Positions 37,430-50,009 of a stretch of DNA of 64,000 nucleotides are shown in pieces; the first letter of the stretch is position 1, and each line of letters opens with the position of its first letter. The stretch covers positions 158,556 through 222,555 of the forward strand of contig OZ287717.1 of the NCBI GenBank assembly GCA_965649825.1, read 5' to 3'. The notes below the pieces were generated by a model that made no database searches, had not been told where the DNA came from, and was given only the letters and a program-made list of their open reading frames with translations. Source of the DNA: Penicillus capitatus (Eukaryota; Plantae; Chlorophyta). The translations under genes were made by a program, and so were the position numbers.

Positions 37430-38520
37430 TGCACCGAAGGCATGGCACACTTCTCTCCACATCTCGCTCATATATAAGCCTCCACCGCTGCAATTTTTCC
37501 TGTGGGTCAGTAGGTGCGTTCGGCTCCTCAGCAATGGCGATTCTCACGGAGGCTGCTGGTCATGGGAGAAGGGTGTTTTGGTCTGAGCACCCGTCGACTG
37601 GGGACCTGCTTTGGAAGTGACAGGATCGCTGTGTCCGAAAACATTACCGAAACGCTTTGTAATTCAATGTTTCCTGAAGAGGGATCGCATGGGAGGTGCT
37701 TTGCTGTGCAGTCGCCGGCGCCTGTCACATCAAATATCCGCCATGATTTCAGAACGGTCAGCGACGATGACGACCGCGCAGGCCTCGACGCCGCGGTTCA
37801 TCCCACAGCTCGCAAGGTCGATACGGACGAATAGAGATGCGCCACTCGTTTGAGCCAACGGTTATCATTCTTAATTCTTCAAGGCACACACAGCGTCGCT
37901 GTTCAAACGGAATCTTTTTGCGTTTCCTCAAACTGTATGCTTCACAAGAACGCCGCCACCAAGCCACAACGGGCTTAAAAGGCCGTAAACCGACAGAAAC
38001 TGCACAAAATACTTGGCACCAAAGGCACGTATCACAGCGGACCCCACGCCGGTGAGTGGCATGTATGTTATCCACACCGTGCATGCTGTGAGCTATTGCC
38101 TTTCCAGACGCTGAGCTCTTGCCTCGGGCAGAGCGCACGAAGATGTCAGTCTCCCTCTACCCAAGTAAGCAGCGCGCCTTCGACGAACTCACGACGGCGC
38201 TCAGTGTCACTCCACGCGCTTTCTGCGTTTGGCTTTTTCTGTCCTGCACGTCATGTCTTTGCTAGGAGCGTCCGTGCATTCGAGCTGTGTCTCTACGGCC
38301 TCTCGATCGAATAGAGCACGAAGCAGAGTGGAAACCGTCGATGCCGTACTCCCCCTTTCCCGAGGGACCTCGCGCACAAGCGAATCTTCCTGGGATGTCA
38401 CGCACACGGGCGGTCTACGCTTCCCGCCGCCGTCCACAACCGACGTAAGGCAACGCCGCTCGACTGCAGACGACAGCGCTATGGATACGCTTAGGGCCGC
38501 AGCCCTAGTTCGAGGCGCTC

Positions 38521-38607
38521 CTTCACTCCCAGTTCCAGTTCAAGACAGTCCTTCACACCCAGTTCCAGTTCAAGACAGTCCTTCACACCCAGTTCGAGAC
38601 AGTCCTT
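38521..38607. repeat. 30-bp tandem repeat, about 2.8 copies
   Basis: Unit cttcac(t/a)cccagttccagttcaagacagtc at 38521 and 38551, partial copy at 38581. Confidence 0.9.
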
Positions 38608-38702
38608 AGGGACGTCCTCGCACAGCCATTCCTCACCCTACTTCTCCGCCCTCTCTGCCATCGGTGCGTCTGCACTGGCGATGCCGCCTCGCTCAACTGA
38701 AT

Positions 38703-40648
38703 ATGGGCTGCTCTCCAGCGGAAGGACCGGAAAGCGACGATGACGATCTCTTCTATGGCGAACAGGGAAGCAGCTTCGACTCCTTCTATGGTGTGGAAGA
38801 CATTCGGTCGGTCGATGACACCCTTCCGAATCTGGCAGACCTAAAAGAAACGGAGCTCTTTGCCAACAGGTAACGCCGGCGCCGCGGATTGGACATGAGG
38901 ATGGAAGTGTGATGCACCAGATATCGTATTGAACCGCAGGCGCCGTCCAGAATCTGGAGTCGTTTCGCCATCGACTCCTACACCAGACGCAAGGTCGTGC
39001 TCAGATTCTACCCGAACACGCCGAAGCTCTGCAAGACGGTCACTGTCATGCACTCGCACCTGGATGCACAGAACTGCGTCTGCCGGTGCGTGCATCCGCC
39101 AGGCACTTCTGATTAGAGTGCCCCCAGCAATCGACCGAGACCATCACGCCTCTGTGGTGCAGATTGCTGGAGACGATCGAAGACGTACCCGGTTTTCCGC
39201 CGTGTCATGTCGTGGAGCGTGGAGACATCACTTTGGATGAAGTGATGGCGCGCAACCGACTGTCCGCAAAGGAGAAGAGAACCGTTCTGCATCAGGTCCC
39301 TCGCCTCCGCTCATCGCATCCTCAGTACCGCCACCTTCTCTGCAGATTCTCAGAGTCCTCAAGACGCTGCACGAGATGGGTGTTGTGCACGGAGACGTGC
39401 GGCCGGAGAAGATCCAGTGGTGTTCGTCCGAGCTCAGATGGAAGCTGTCGGATATCGAGACCTGCCAGTGGATCGGCATGCGCAATCTCGCAGCCAGCAG
39501 TTCGGAATTCGCGGCGCCGGAGGTCGTCCAGTCAAGCGTCCGCGGAACCCGGCTGCTCCCGCATCCCTCGGCAGACATGTGGTCCATCGGGATCATCGCC
39601 CACGAACTGCTGACCGGTAGGGTCAGCGCCCGGAACTGAACGCGGATGACGGGCACTCATCTGCTGTGCGCAGGGGAGCCGTTCTATGGACCGAAGCTGA
39701 CGGCGGACTGTGTGATGAAGATCTTGACGTTGAAGGCGCCGCTCCCCCAAGTCCAGGCCGACAGTCACGTCGAAACGGAGTTCCTTCGCAAACTGCTCTC
39801 GACCAACCCCAATACACGGCTCGAAGCGCAGGAGGCATTCGGGAGTTCAGTCTTCCGACCGGAGGCGGTGTTGCCCCGAGGCAGGACCGCACTGAGAAAG
39901 GTAAGCCTCCACGATCGCGACGAGGACCACGGTCACACTTAGCTCGTGTGATGACTGTCAGCTCAATCGGAAGATACTGACCATGGAGATTGCGCACCAG
40001 GAGAATCTCCTGCGGGATATGGCGGCGCGTCTGCGCGTGTCTATACACATCGAGCAGTTTTGCAGGAAGGGCGATCAGAGGGATAATCATTTTGAGCTGA
40101 TGGAAGGAACAGATGTGGAGTCGACCACCGACGATGGACTGCCGAACCAGAGCATCCATCTTCTGCGACTCGCCGAGAGCTACCGGCTGCGGATCAACAT
40201 CGAAGACGAGCCGGACATGCCGCTGGCGGTCGAAGACATCGAGAGCGTGACCGTTCAGATGCCAGACGCGCCGCCTATCAACCTGGAGACCGTCGTCACG
40301 GCGCACAACGTCCATCGGCAGGAGGTCGTGGCGCTCATCGATCCGTGCAAATCCGAATCGCCGTCGCTGCAGCGCATCTCTCCGTCCTTCGGCGGCGTTC
40401 AGAGACAGTACGCGAAGATGGAAGTGAAGATCCATCTGCGTCACCGGGACAATGCCTCGTGGGGATTCGATCTCAAACGCAGTGTCTACTGCAAGATGGT
40501 GCACCAGCACAGTCATCTGCTGTACCACAAGATCATACAGAAGGCGAAGGAACAGTGGGAGGGCGCCCCTCAGTGGATCAAAAGGGGCGTGCAGTTATGC
40601 CATTTCTGGACGCACTGCGACCATCCGTCCGGCGACGAGGCGGCGTGA
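38703..40648 (+). CDS. Kinase-fold protein K2 (predicted pseudokinase) plus shared C-terminal domain
   Basis: Starts MGCSPA; VVLRFY, VVHGDVRPEKI, LSDIE, FAAPE, DMWSIGIIAHELLTG; ORF 39983-40648 carries the shared domain. Confidence 0.8.
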
Positions 40649-41872
40649 GTCGGTCGTCCACTCTCGGCGCTCGTTCGAAGCAGCCGGCAGCTGTAGCTAT
40701 CGTGAATGGGGGTTTTTCTACTGATACCCGCACAAGCGATCCCTCTGAATATCGGCAAAATTTTTCTCTATGTGATTCGACCGATGGGCTTTCAGCTATG
40801 ACTTCTTTCTACCAGATTCTTCCAATCGAGCGGCGCACGCATCGTGTGACCATTCAGCTCGATTCAATTGTTTTAACTCAGATCTACTTGTGAACAATGC
40901 GACGTTCGTTTTCTGATATGTCTGACTCGATTTCTCGATGATTTTTGGTCTGCTTCGCCCAAGTACAGAGCCGGGTGCCTTGTCTTGCGGGGAAGATGAC
41001 GTCTGCCGTCTTTACTCACACTAGAGCATTCTAACTCGTTGGTGGGAAAAGTACTTCAGAAGCTATCACGACACTTACCTCCTGTGACATTCAAACACTC
41101 ACGTGAGCCCCCAGCTTGCCCTAGTGGAGAGATGCATCACGCGGGGTATGGTGTCGTGACTAATAGGGTGCTGTTAAAAACTGAGAGTGATCATTTCTTC
41201 GTGTTAAGTAGAACGAACATTTTTAAGAACACGCAGCCGGCGATTAGAGAACCTCACGATCTTGCGCCTTGACTCTCGACGCGCAACAAGCGACCGCCTC
41301 GCGCACGACGTCAGAAGACCTAGACTGCGTGAAGAAGAGAAGGTCCATCCGTCAAGGACTGCCCTATCCTGGGAGAATTTTCTCAAGGAGCTGCCGTTTC
41401 AGTGACGTGGAGAGCCGCTTGGTTTTCTTGTACACATCTTGGCTATTGTCTGTAAGTTTGTGAAGAAATGCCAACGCGTGTATGTGTGCAAGGATAGGAG
41501 ATCTGCATCGACACAGAGACGAGGACTGCGTCAGCTAATGGATTTGAAATCGGGGCTCGGAGGCAGAGCACTCGAAGCGCTGGGCCAGTCCTCAGCCGTT
41601 CATCCAAACCGTCGCCATCGCGGACTGCCTCGCCGAACGCATTGCCCTTTTCACTAACCAGTACAATTATACAGTTTGAAATCCTTCGTCCTTTAAAATT
41701 CGAAGTAGACTTGTTCCTAGGAACGCAACAAGACGGGGAAGAACGAACTAAACAAGCACGCCGTTGACAATACTCCGACAGCGACATTTTTGACAAAGAA
41801 GACGCAGCTTCCGTTGACAAAACAGTCGAGTCTGTCTGACAGCCAGCGCCTACGACCAAGGACACTCAAGAG

Positions 41873-44120
41873 ATGACTTCGTGTTCAGAAATTCTTTCAC
41901 CTTCAACGACGAGCTTCACTGAAGACCGCGGAGACTTCAGCGAGCAAGAGCGGATATGGAGCTGCGTTGAGGCTGGATTGTCTATGGACCGTGCCTTCGC
42001 ACGCAAAAGGCGACTTCAATTTTTGCCTCAGTGCAATGCCGTTCCATTCAACGTTGGCGACAAGAGCGCTTACTCCATTGGCGATGCGCGCACCCAGACA
42101 GGTCGTGTAGCAAACGGAAAGCCGCCTCGGACACAGGACTTTCGTACAGGTTGCCTTGCGCACCGTCGCGTTCTTAGCCACGAAATGCGACCGTGCATGA
42201 GTCCATTACGAGACATTGCCCAACAAAATAATGAGGTGGATAGGGCAGGGGACGATGGGGGGTTGTTACGCCCGTTGGCGCATGGCTATGTCGTGGCGAA
42301 TAGGTGAGCAACGCCGACGTTGTGCACCTGTCTCCTATCAGTCTCTGTGTACTGCGAGGTTTGTGGTGGTGGATGAGGGCGAGGCGTCCCGTCCTGGGCG
42401 AAACTGTCGCTTTGCTCGGGATCTGGACAATGGCCAACGCGTTTTTCTTCGGTTTTTTTCGCGATACTCGGTCGAGTTCCATCACGTCGCCGAGATGCAT
42501 GAATGCCTCAGAGATAGCCAAGCGGTTTGCAGGTAACGTCGCTGTCGCTGTCGTGCACGACCCGCAGACGAGAGGTTCTGCGCTGCAGGCTTGTGGATGC
42601 TCTTCCCGGTACAGAGGAGCTGCCTCCCTGTCTCGTCTTCGAGGCGGGACAGACAACACTCGCAGCGAAACTGGCAGAGACATCATTACCTGCCGCCGAA
42701 CGACGTGACCTCGTGCATACGGTAGGTGCAGATACGGATGTCCTCGCAAACGCGCTAGAGGGCGTGGCTGTGGTTTAGATCGCGCTGGTGATCAGGGAGC
42801 TGCATGAACGACAGGTCGTCCACGGTCAGCTGGACCCAGAGCACATCGTGTGGTTTGCGGCGGATGCCTGCTGGAAGCTGGTCGACCTTCGCGCCGCGTC
42901 GTTTGCCGGCAATCCGATTCCGCTGCGCCGTATGGTCTCCCTTCGCTACGCGGCGCCGGAGATCCGCATCGCGGCGAAGCACAACAAGAGAGTCGTACGC
43001 GCCAACACGTCGGCGGACATGTACGCCTTCGGCCTGATCGCGTTCGAGATCCTGACAAGTTCTGGCCCCGACCTCGTGCGACGCTTCTTGTTAAAAGTTG
43101 AATCTGGCTGTTCTAGAGGCGTCAGTATTGGAGGCGGACGGCGTGTGGCAGCACGTCGCTCGGGAGAGGCGTCGACTGGAGGAGCGACCCGAATACGACA
43201 ACGCCGTCGGTGGGTCGGACACGTCGCGCCATTCGTCAGAGCAGCGACGCATGGAGCTCGACTTCGTTCTAGCGCTCATGGACGAGCGACCGGCGGAACG
43301 CAAGACGGCACGGCAGGCGGTCGAAGAGGCGAAGTTCGAGATTCCGACCGGAACAGAAGATCCGGCAAAGACGCTTCACGAAGTGCGTGCGCTCCGACAC
43401 GGCGACGACGGTCAGCGTCCTCGCTGACGTTCTTGTGTTTCGCAGTTTTTCAGCGGCCGCGTCACCGACGACGCCGACGTTCGTCGTCTGGGCAAGGGGC
43501 TCGTCAGCCACGTCGCTTTCAGCCGCCTGGATTTCTCGCTCTCTGCTGAGAGCCTCGCGCCTGAGTCCGAGCGTGACGCGACGTTTCGCGAGAGACATGC
43601 GCGAAAAGCGAAGACGTTCTTCGACGCGAGCCTGCCGGAGGATCCGGTGCACGTGCTCGCGGCGGGAGAAGCCTTCGGGATTCGCATTTCGCTCGGGCGC
43701 GACGCACACTTCCGCTTTCCGCTGGAAGAAATCGTATCCGTAAGAGTCGTCCCTCCCGACGGCGACGGGCATTCCGTCGAACTCCGTCAAGAGAGGGGGG
43801 AGAATTTTCTGGACTGTCTGGCGTTTGTGGATCCTTCCAGATTCGCATCGCCAAAACTAAACAAGAGAGGACCCATCTTCGGTCCTGTCGAGAACAAGTA
43901 CGTGAAACTGACGGTTCACGTGACGCTGCGCCTAGGAAACGACTTTCCATACTACATAGACGTCTATCCGAAAATTTATCTGCAGCTCAAACGTCCGAGA
44001 AGACAGCTGGGACTGCTCAAGATGCTGAGCAGAGGAAGAGAAGGTGGATATCGAAGGACACGATCGGATAGAAGACATGACGAACGGACCCGCCCCGCGG
44101 ACCGTTCTCTACGAAGATGA
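41873..44120 (+). CDS. Kinase-fold protein K3 (predicted pseudokinase) plus shared C-terminal domain; ends uncertain
   Basis: VFLRFF, VVHGQLDPEHI, LVDLR, YAAPE, DMYAFGLIAFEILT; ORF 43647-44120 carries the shared domain. Confidence 0.75.
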
Positions 44121-47100
44121 CCTCCCGACCCACGTACATGAACTGACTCCATATTGCTTTTGGAAGAGTGAGATGCAGAAGCGCAGAATCACACATTTGA
44201 TCCGAATGAGCGAGATCCGAATGGATCCTCTCTTTGGATACCTACCTTTCTGCGTTTCTCTCTGCCCCTTCCGCCGCGTCATGTTGTGAAAACGGAACAT
44301 CTCGCTCTCTTTCGCACGGAAATGAAGAATAAATCTGTTCGCGTTTTCTGATCTGCACCTTGTTTGTCTGTCCTGAGTGAACCGAGCACTCAGGCGTCGC
44401 GATCACCGTCTGTCCATGCTCCCTGATGTGTCTGCGTACGTATCTTTTTGTCCTGCATCTATTCTGCGTCATCTTTTCCTCTTGCTTTCTGCACCATTAA
44501 ATGCCAAAAACCGTTTTCCTGTACTTTCCTGTGCAAGATTTCTTAGCACAGTCATGAGGCATCCATCTAGCACTCGCCTGGTGTCTCTGTTACCACGAGG
44601 TTGGGCTAAGAACTCTTCTGATTTCATCTTGTCTATGTCTGCGTGGGGATAATGCTATCAGTTTCTTGTGGATCGACCTGATGCGCAAGACATGCCATGA
44701 GATTGAAGCAATCGAACGCATTTGTGCAAAAAACAACGGCTATGCCGTCGATTTGAACAAAGCGACGGATACGAAAGACGAGTGCGAACACTCAGATCTC
44801 ACACATTTGCCATTTTGCAAAAGAGTGAGGTCGCGCGCTTTGCCTCTGGACGTGCGAGGACTTCGCTGCGGTGATTGAAAAAGGTCACACAAATATGATG
44901 CGCGTTGACAGTGATCTGCGAGGTAGTGGAGCCGACCGCGGCGTGGCGTTAACGCCTTTTAAGGGAGATATCTTGAAAGGAACAGAACGAGCAGCGCTGA
45001 GACGGAGAAACGAAGATTTATGACGGAACGCTTCGATGCAAACGATCTCGCATTCAAGCCACGTCCTGTACAAAGAGACGCGTCGTAGTGAAACGCGATG
45101 TGCGAAACTTCACACAGCTTCTATGAGTGAATCGCGCCGCCAGCGCTTGCTTTGACTTATTCTTCTGGTTTCTGAAGAAATCGCGCAATTAGGCATCTGT
45201 GTGCAAAGCAAAAGACGGCGGATGCCATTCAAATGATGTGACAGCCTGTCTACCTTGTACGCCTCTCTGTCTATCGGTGGTCACATCGAGAATCAACAAT
45301 GGAGAAGCACTGGTGTGCGTTGTCTGTCTGGGGCACTAGTGAAGTGCTCTCCTCTGTCTGCGTCGTTTTTCTTCTTCCGCGACAACCATGCCTAGAAGCC
45401 TGTGAAATCTCATTCAGTCCTTGCCGTGAACGTCGTGCAGGACCACTTGCCGAACGTATCTTTCTGCCAACAGCTCCGTCGTGCAGACGGACTGCTTGAC
45501 GCCTTTTCGATCCACGAGGCCGAAACAAGGAGAAACCGCGTTCAGCTTCGTAGAGGCGGATTGCGTCGGAACCAGATAGACGAAAGCGCTCATAGAGCAG
45601 TCATCCGTTTCACGCCACTGCATAATATCGAGTAACTACCCATCGCCATCGGGAGGCGTTACGAACACGGGACAATTTGAACGAGCGCGCTGCTAACGCC
45701 GCCTCTCGACAGAGGTGCTACCTAGACAAACGCCATAACTTGGCCGGAGAGGTGCCTTGGACGTGGTTTCATGACAATCTTTGCCGCGGCTTGTTGCAAT
45801 GCATACAGACAGCGATCGGTGTAAAACGCCCTTGTTCGTGCGACCTGTCTTTATAAGCGAACCATGACGGAGAGACGGAGTGTGTTTTTCAGTTGAATCC
45901 TGTAGAAGCGTGATTGCGCGTAATAGTAAGACCAATTTCGGATTACGGTACTACGAACGGGAGTCCATTCTCTTAACAAAGAAACCGACAACACTACAGC
46001 GTCGAGGACGAGTTCACGATTGTAAGATGTGTTTTAAATCCGGCGAGGCGCCTTGCGGATTAAACTGGCCGCGAACCGGAGCTTTTCGTAATGGATCGCG
46101 GTATATGATATGAATTTGTAGGTGATTGATGTCGCTGGATATGACGTAAAAGACAGCAATTGGTCTTTGCAAAGTGATGCGACTGCTGGTAGCCATTAGG
46201 CACACAGCAAAGTAGGGAGCGCCGCCGTTCACCGATCTGCAAAAGAGGCAGGATACATCGCTCGTCGTCTTCACAGTTCTGTCTCAAGGACAGTCGTGTT
46301 TCGCCACGCGTCGTGAAAGATTTGATGTCGAGTTGGCTGTCTACCCATCTTCTTCGTTTTTCTCTATTCTCTACGACGTGTTCTCTGCTGTAGCATAAGA
46401 AAATGAAGGGCACTGTAAGGTTGCTAGAGGACTCTTATTACCTTATACAGATTCGTTGAGAAAGTGAACGGGTTGCATTGCTTTCGTGAAGGCGGTTTCA
46501 TCTGGAAAGGATTCCTTGGTCTGAGTGTCCTGTACTTGCGCCATCAGAGAAGATGGGCTGGGAGATGGACATTTCGAAATGCAGTGCTTCAGTACAGTGG
46601 CTTTTGAATCCGTGCAAGAAAGACAGAACCGCGTTTTCGCGCTGAGGAACTTGAGAGTTCTAGGTCTAGAACAGTGTGCATGCTTTGGCTTACATTGCTG
46701 AGATGTCTTTTGTAAACGAAATTAGATTTGGTCGGCGGTGTGGAAAAATGCTTAGAGATAGAAGATTGTCGAATGGTAAAGAACAACAAAGGGTCTCGAA
46801 ATGCACATTATTGAAAAGCACAAAACGATCGGTGTACGATCATAAACCATAACTCGTCACCGAAGATAAATTGCTGACGTCAGTTTCACTTCAGATTGCG
46901 GTCAGCAGTCCACTAGTGGACCACTGAATTGAGAACAACATTGATCTGCCCCGTGATCCTGTCTTGTGGGACCACGCCAGGGAGGATATTGAACTATGAT
47001 GGTAGGCAATCTCCATCCAGTCCGAGTAGTCTCTTCCAGGTAGGCCTCACCAGCTTCGCCGACAAAACACTGATGGAGTAGCAAAGAGCACACAGGTGAA

Positions 47101-47740
47101 AGCAGAAGCAAAGGACCGTCCGCCTAGCAAAGAACCAAACACCCCCTTGAACTGCCTGCAATCATTAGTCGAACAAAATCTCTCCTTCAGCTAGTCGAGA
47201 CCATCAGATAGATAGATCATTACACTTCGCGATCACTACGATCTGTGCGAGGCGCTTTTTCCGACGAATCAAAAACAGATCGCGGTGCTTGTTATCAACA
47301 AACATCCATCGGCGATTGCTGGTTACTAGCGGTAGAACAGAAAAACGGACAGCCTGTAATGCGCGACAACCCTCCTCATCACCAGGAAGGGCGCTAAGCC
47401 TGTCTGGTAGGTAACAAGATCTTTATTTAGAGTATTCCTTCCCAACATTGAGAAATATCGGTTTAATGGAGTCGTCAAAAAGTGTAGATGATCTTAAACG
47501 ACACTGGGAAAGATTCCACAGCGAATCACTATGGCGCTGCTTTGTTCACACTCACTCACTTACGTTCAGGACAAGTTCATTGCATTGAAAAGAATATTAA
47601 GAAACTATCTAGAGTGCTTCCTCTTGCAGGACTGTACCATCGCTACTGAGGTACTCCTTTTCATTCTCAATCATTCAAAAGGGGATGTAAGCTCGGTTAA
47701 CTTTATTATTCTAAATCATTCACGGGAGTATAGAAAACTG

Positions 47741-50009
47741 TTATTGAGTGCATTGGTGAGAGAACTTGTAGCGAAACATGATATAAATGATGGCCATGTG
47801 ACGGCGTGGAACAGTCATAATCAGATGAACATGGATCATAGACTGTTGACAATAAATATGGCCACCCAAACCAGGGGAAGAAGTAATGGTATTCAGCGCA
47901 ATGACACCCTTAAAGACGGAGGATTCCAATAGGTAAACGGCATCTAATGTATCACGGTTTGTTTTGCGAACCTGTTGCATCTTCAGCTCGATCATTTCTT
48001 TGTTTGGCAGTTGCAGATAAATGTGTTGGATTCCTTCAATTGGCAGAGTCGCTCTGTTGACGGCCTTGATGCGCAGACGTAGGAGAATGTCATCTTCTCC
48101 GAGCCAGATAACGTAAATGGGATTGCTCGGCAGGGAGGCATCATAAAAGCTCAGCATCTCCCGTGTTTCTCTCTCGTATAGAGGCGTCAATGCGTCACTC
48201 GAATCCAAAAGGCGCTCCACTGACAAATAGAAAGACACTTCGTCGTTCTCCGACTGTTGGAAGGTGTTGATTGCCGCTGCGTCAGCGTTCGAAACCACCT
48301 AAGTACAGAGAGAAGAGCTTGCTGGAGGGCGAGGGACGGCGGAGACACGCACCGAATCCACATCACTGCTGCCTCGCAATGGTCTGAAATTGTGGCTTTG
48401 CAGCTCCTGGTGACCCCCGATCGTGTGTGGCGACTGAGAATGCATACGCATACGACGTCACACATCATCGAGCACTCACTTACGAGAAACACACCTGAAG
48501 AACGGCATTAGCGGCAGCGGACGACCCATCATCAGTGATTGTCCCGTTTGGCCAAAAGTCGTTTCTCGACGAAGGCATCTTGATTTCTGCGACACGTTGG
48601 AGAAGCAGTCCGTGACAGACGGATGGTAAGTTCTCTTCTCCCTCAAGAAGGCTTCTGAGTTTATCATCCAGCGTTTTGTTTTCGAACCAGGCGTGAATCG
48701 TTTGGCGAAGATGAAACCTTGTTGACGAAGTCAACATCGTCAGTACTGGCACCATGTGCTCACAGAACTCGCCTTGCTGATAGATCTTGGATGCAGCATC
48801 CAGCAATCCTTCGAATACTTCTGAATCCACATCCCAGCTCTCCCGCAAAGCATGACGTGTGGAGAGGTGCTGGAATTCTAACATGGCTTCCCTGCGCACT
48901 TCGTGGCACTCTGCCTGTGTGGCCACGGTCGTCAGTTCGTTCACGACACCAAACCTCACAGCTTTCCGTTCCTTTCTGTTGCGCACGTTCTTCTGGTACT
49001 CCAGAATGTCTTTAAGGAAGACCTGTAAAAACTGGAGCATCTCTGCATTTGTCAGACAGAGCATCGCAGTGAAACTGAAGACCTGAAACCAATCGAACCA
49101 GGGCGTGCGAAGCTTGGCATCCGCCCATGCAGCCTTCCATCTTCGAATCCCATCACCGATCGCAGACGGGTTGAGGTGACAAACGCCTCGGCGCAAATCA
49201 AGCAACCCAGCAATAACCATCACCAGCCGCTGCACTTTGTCGAAGAGTGCCGAGATCTCGTTCTCTTCAGTGAAGCGATGAATGCTCTGTTCGATGAGTA
49301 TCCCGTAGAAACGGTAGGGATAGTACGGGGCATCTCTGAAGATCTCCAATCCACGGAGCAGATCGTCTTGATACTCCTTCAGGCGATTGCATGGTGAAAG
49401 CCTAGGAGCAATTCTGTGTACGATGCTGCATGCCTGATACAGGGCGACCAGCGCAGGACGATAATACTCGAACGTTTGCCTGTCCGGAACAATGCAATCT
49501 TGGAGAATTGGGGTCAGTCCTCCTGCCAGGTGCAGTAAATTCATTGAATTGCGGCTGAAAACAGTGACATCCAGAGATGCCAAGGCATGTGACAACGCTT
49601 TGGCGACAGCCTGCGTCGCGCTTATGTCATCAGGCATGGCTTCGCTTAACGCTTTCAGAACGCGCAGCACCAACTCTCTGTCGCGCGTGCAACGCTTTTT
49701 GACATTTGCCAGATGCGCGAGCTCCTCGGCGACTTCTGCCTTTTGCCACGACTTCGAATCGCCGAAAACATCGACTAATGCGAAAAGCCAATGTCCAAGT
49801 AGATTCCTTTCTCCCTTGTCGGCGGTATTGTTATAGATTCGGACCAGACGGTCCGTACAGCAGATTTGCCGTTCCGTAGAGAGGAATTGAGGAGTTATCA
49901 GACTTGGTTGGTCTGCTGCCGGCAATGCAACCACGTAACGTTCGCCGCCGCCATTTCCCCGACACGGGCAGCATCCGTTTCCACAGTTATTCAAAGAATT
50001 CCCCTGCAT
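47741..50009 (-). CDS. NLR-type ARM-like helical region fused to the kinase-cluster C-terminal domain, no NTPase
   Basis: 520-aa ORF 48480-50042 (ATG at 50009) splices in phase 0 via a 27-codon exon to ORF 47741-48298. The N-terminal part resembles, from memory, the ARM-like region in front of fungal NACHT-WD40 proteins; the C-terminal part aligns by eye with the K1-K5 domain. Confidence 0.7.

Noticed and set aside
44400-45630. Possible decayed kinase/domain remnant on the minus strand (ELLAERY; LECEIVCIEAF)
   Set aside because: Only short, weak resemblances in separate frames; not distinguishable from chance by eye.
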